Part shown: positions 24,601-25,114 of the stretch, piece by piece
Layout: each line of letters begins with the position of its first letter
Numbering within the stretch: position 1 is the stretch's first letter
Assembly: GCA_966251085.1 (NCBI GenBank)
Contig: CBINJX010000001.1
Coordinates: forward strand, 1 to 25,114
Length of the DNA stretch: 25,114 nt
Reading direction: 5' to 3'
Origin: an uncultured Verrucomicrobiales bacterium
Lineage (GTDB): Bacteria > Verrucomicrobiota > Verrucomicrobiia > Chthoniobacterales > Chthoniobacteraceae
Position numbers and translations under genes: made by a program
The notes under the pieces: model-generated
What the model was told of the DNA's origin: nothing
Database searches by the model: none
The model's input: only the letters and a program-made list of their open reading frames with translations

Positions 24601-24868
24601 CCAGTCCATCAAAGGGCACGCCACGCAGCGAGGCGACCCCCGCAGCAATATTCTCGTCTGAGAATGAGAATTCACGGCCTTTGAAGGAGATGCGGTTCAG
24701 CCGTTTGAGCTGCGTCGTCAGCACTCCTTCCAGAAGCGCGTGATTCAGCTTGCCCCTTCGCTCTACCGCTACTTCCTCAGGGCTGAGGAAGGCGTAGCCG
24801 AGCTGCTGCAACAGCCGAAGCGCAGGAATCTGGCTGATATGCGACTCCAGGAAAGAAAGTGGCGACAT
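21626..24868 (-). CDS. hsdR: Type I restriction-modification endonuclease subunit R
   Basis: 1080 aa. Nuclease motif PDIV.FVNGIP.VVIECK, ARYQQYFA, Walker A TQGSGKS, VTDRIDLD.Q, DESHRSQYG, FIGFTGTP, IVVDKLLTGFDAP and LLQAIARVNR. Appears intact. Confidence 0.95.
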   Translation of the reverse strand: MSPLSFLESHISQIPALRLLQQLGYAFLSPEEVAVERRGKLNHALLEGVLTTQLKRLNRISFKGREFSFSDENIAAGVASLRGVPFDGLVRTSEKLYDLLTLGKSLNETIDGETKGFTLRYIDWANPRNNTFHVAAEFEVERSGSRETRRPDIVCFVNGIPFVVIECKRPDEKNSLEAAIKQHTRNWQADEIPHLFVFSQLVLALNKNDGSYGTTGTPLKFWAKWREMPERDAEVRAAINSPVRREEHEKLFKGVFAYAKASFEELFAQDREPTGQDRLLWSLCRPERLIEIARQFVLYDEGGAVKKVARYQQYFAIRRTLERVRQRDMEGRRKGGVIWQTQGSGKSLAMVLLGKALALDESIKNPRIVIVTDRIDLDEQIWKTFHQCGKDPQMAKTGRHLQELLADDRAAVITTVLDKFRAAANASEGFKNEDNNIFVLVDESHRSQYGEANIRMMKALPKACFIGFTGTPLMKKEKNTAQKFGGFIEPAYTIRDAVADEAVVPLLYEGRHVMQDVNKKAVDAMFDAMCDGLTPEQKADLKRKFASRDELNRLESRLYLIAWDVSQHFSKQWKGTGFKGQLTAPGKKEALALKRFLDQFGKVTSEVVISAPDEREGDDTASADESVIRFWKAMMEKYGSEKEYNRQIINAFKKGDTPEIIIVVDKLLTGFDAPRNVVLYIARSLKEHTLLQAIARVNRLHPGKDFGYIIDYYGVVTQLHEALELYSTLEGKFDQEDLEGTLTDVAEELKRLPSLHDSLWAMFRGVKNKKDEEAYELALENPERREEFYAKLSKFSRVLKIALSSIRWVNATPAAMADRYKRDAVFFQKLRASVKIRYAEEVDYREYEGQIQKMLATYVQADEVIQVVEPVNIFEREAFEKEVDKARSARAKADIIANRTKRTITEKMEEDPFFYRKFSVLLEQAIAEYKAQRLSDAQYLAKVTEIMQAVRDGKSSDGPAVLKERDLARAFFGALKEQIGDHSARVGATAVVQETPASIVHDDELEGLLGDAACEIEDIIRRHAVVRWRENTDAQNRMRNDIDDFLFGLQGSKGIQLSLPEMDAIIETSLRIARSRTNDV

Positions 24869-24873
24869 GGCAA

Positions 24874-25114
24874 CTAAGTCGGCTGAGGAACGTCAAACGC
24901 CAGTATCGTGACTACCAGATGACGCGCTGTATCGTTTGGATGCCTCACAATGAATCGAAAGCCAGTTGATCGCTCGTATTTGTCCGTGCGCACATACTGC
25001 GGGTGTGCTTTCACTACATCCGGTATCTGACCAAGGACTGCGGAAAAATCGCGATTGCGATTGAAGAGGAGAATCGCAGCCTTCGTGTCTCGCCAAGTCA
25101 TGTAACCGAGGAGT
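24874..25114 (-). CDS. 3' end of a conserved hypothetical protein with a probable PD-(D/E)XK nuclease-like domain; 5' part outside the window
   Basis: The frame is open to the window edge: ...LLGYMTWRDTKAAILLFNRNRDFSAVL..I...V..HP.Y........FRFIVRHPND..R...VT.LAFDVP*. I recognise the LL.Y.TWRDTK....F.RN..F motif as following a D..ECK nuclease motif in a conserved family. It ends 5 nt before hsdR. Confidence 0.65.
   Translation of the reverse strand, partial: LLGYMTWRDTKAAILLFNRNRDFSAVLGQIPDVVKAHPQYVRTDKYERSTGFRFIVRHPNDTARHLVVTILAFDVPQPT

Noticed and set aside
815-24743. Numerous 60-180-aa ORFs overlapping the main genes on the opposite strand or in other frames
   Set aside because: Expected shadow ORFs in GC-rich coding DNA, none with a recognisable motif.
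1-25114. CRISPR arrays, tRNA/rRNA genes, IS elements, integrases
   Set aside because: I saw no regularly spaced repeats, cloverleaf or rRNA signatures, or DDE/tyrosine/serine recombinase motifs by eye. A degenerate element could have been missed.

Overview
A 25 kb accessory metal-resistance and defence island. The host is probably a Verrucomicrobia-like bacterium (inferred from the style of the ArsR, YHS-like and uORF proteins; not certain). Left to right: (1) the 3' end of a small YHS/TRASH-like Cys protein and a GH130-family glycoside phosphorylase/hydrolase; (2) a ZnuD-like TonB-dependent receptor preceded by a His-rich, DUF2946-like upstream ORF ending in HAPP, a candidate ribosome-stalling metal attenuator; (3) two toxin-antitoxin modules (HipBA-like, AbiE-like), each with an intact antitoxin and operator but a broken toxin; (4) a MerR-controlled module of an HMA protein, a CcdA-fold membrane protein, a P1B-ATPase and MerR, with two near-identical 20-bp-spacer promoters and non-canonical metal ligands in three of the four proteins; (5) a divergent arsenic cluster (arsR, DUF6428, arsC / small Cys ORF, acr3, frameshifted SigZ-like sigma, arsM, arsC); (6) a truncated histidine kinase; (7) three orphan genes, including a very acidic candidate DNA mimic with a weak by-eye resemblance to T7 Ocr; and (8) the end of a type I restriction-modification locus (partial nuclease-like gene, hsdR, YgjP/M48). 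I saw no rRNA, tRNA, CRISPR array, transposase or integrase. All family assignments come from motif recognition by eye; no database search was run.
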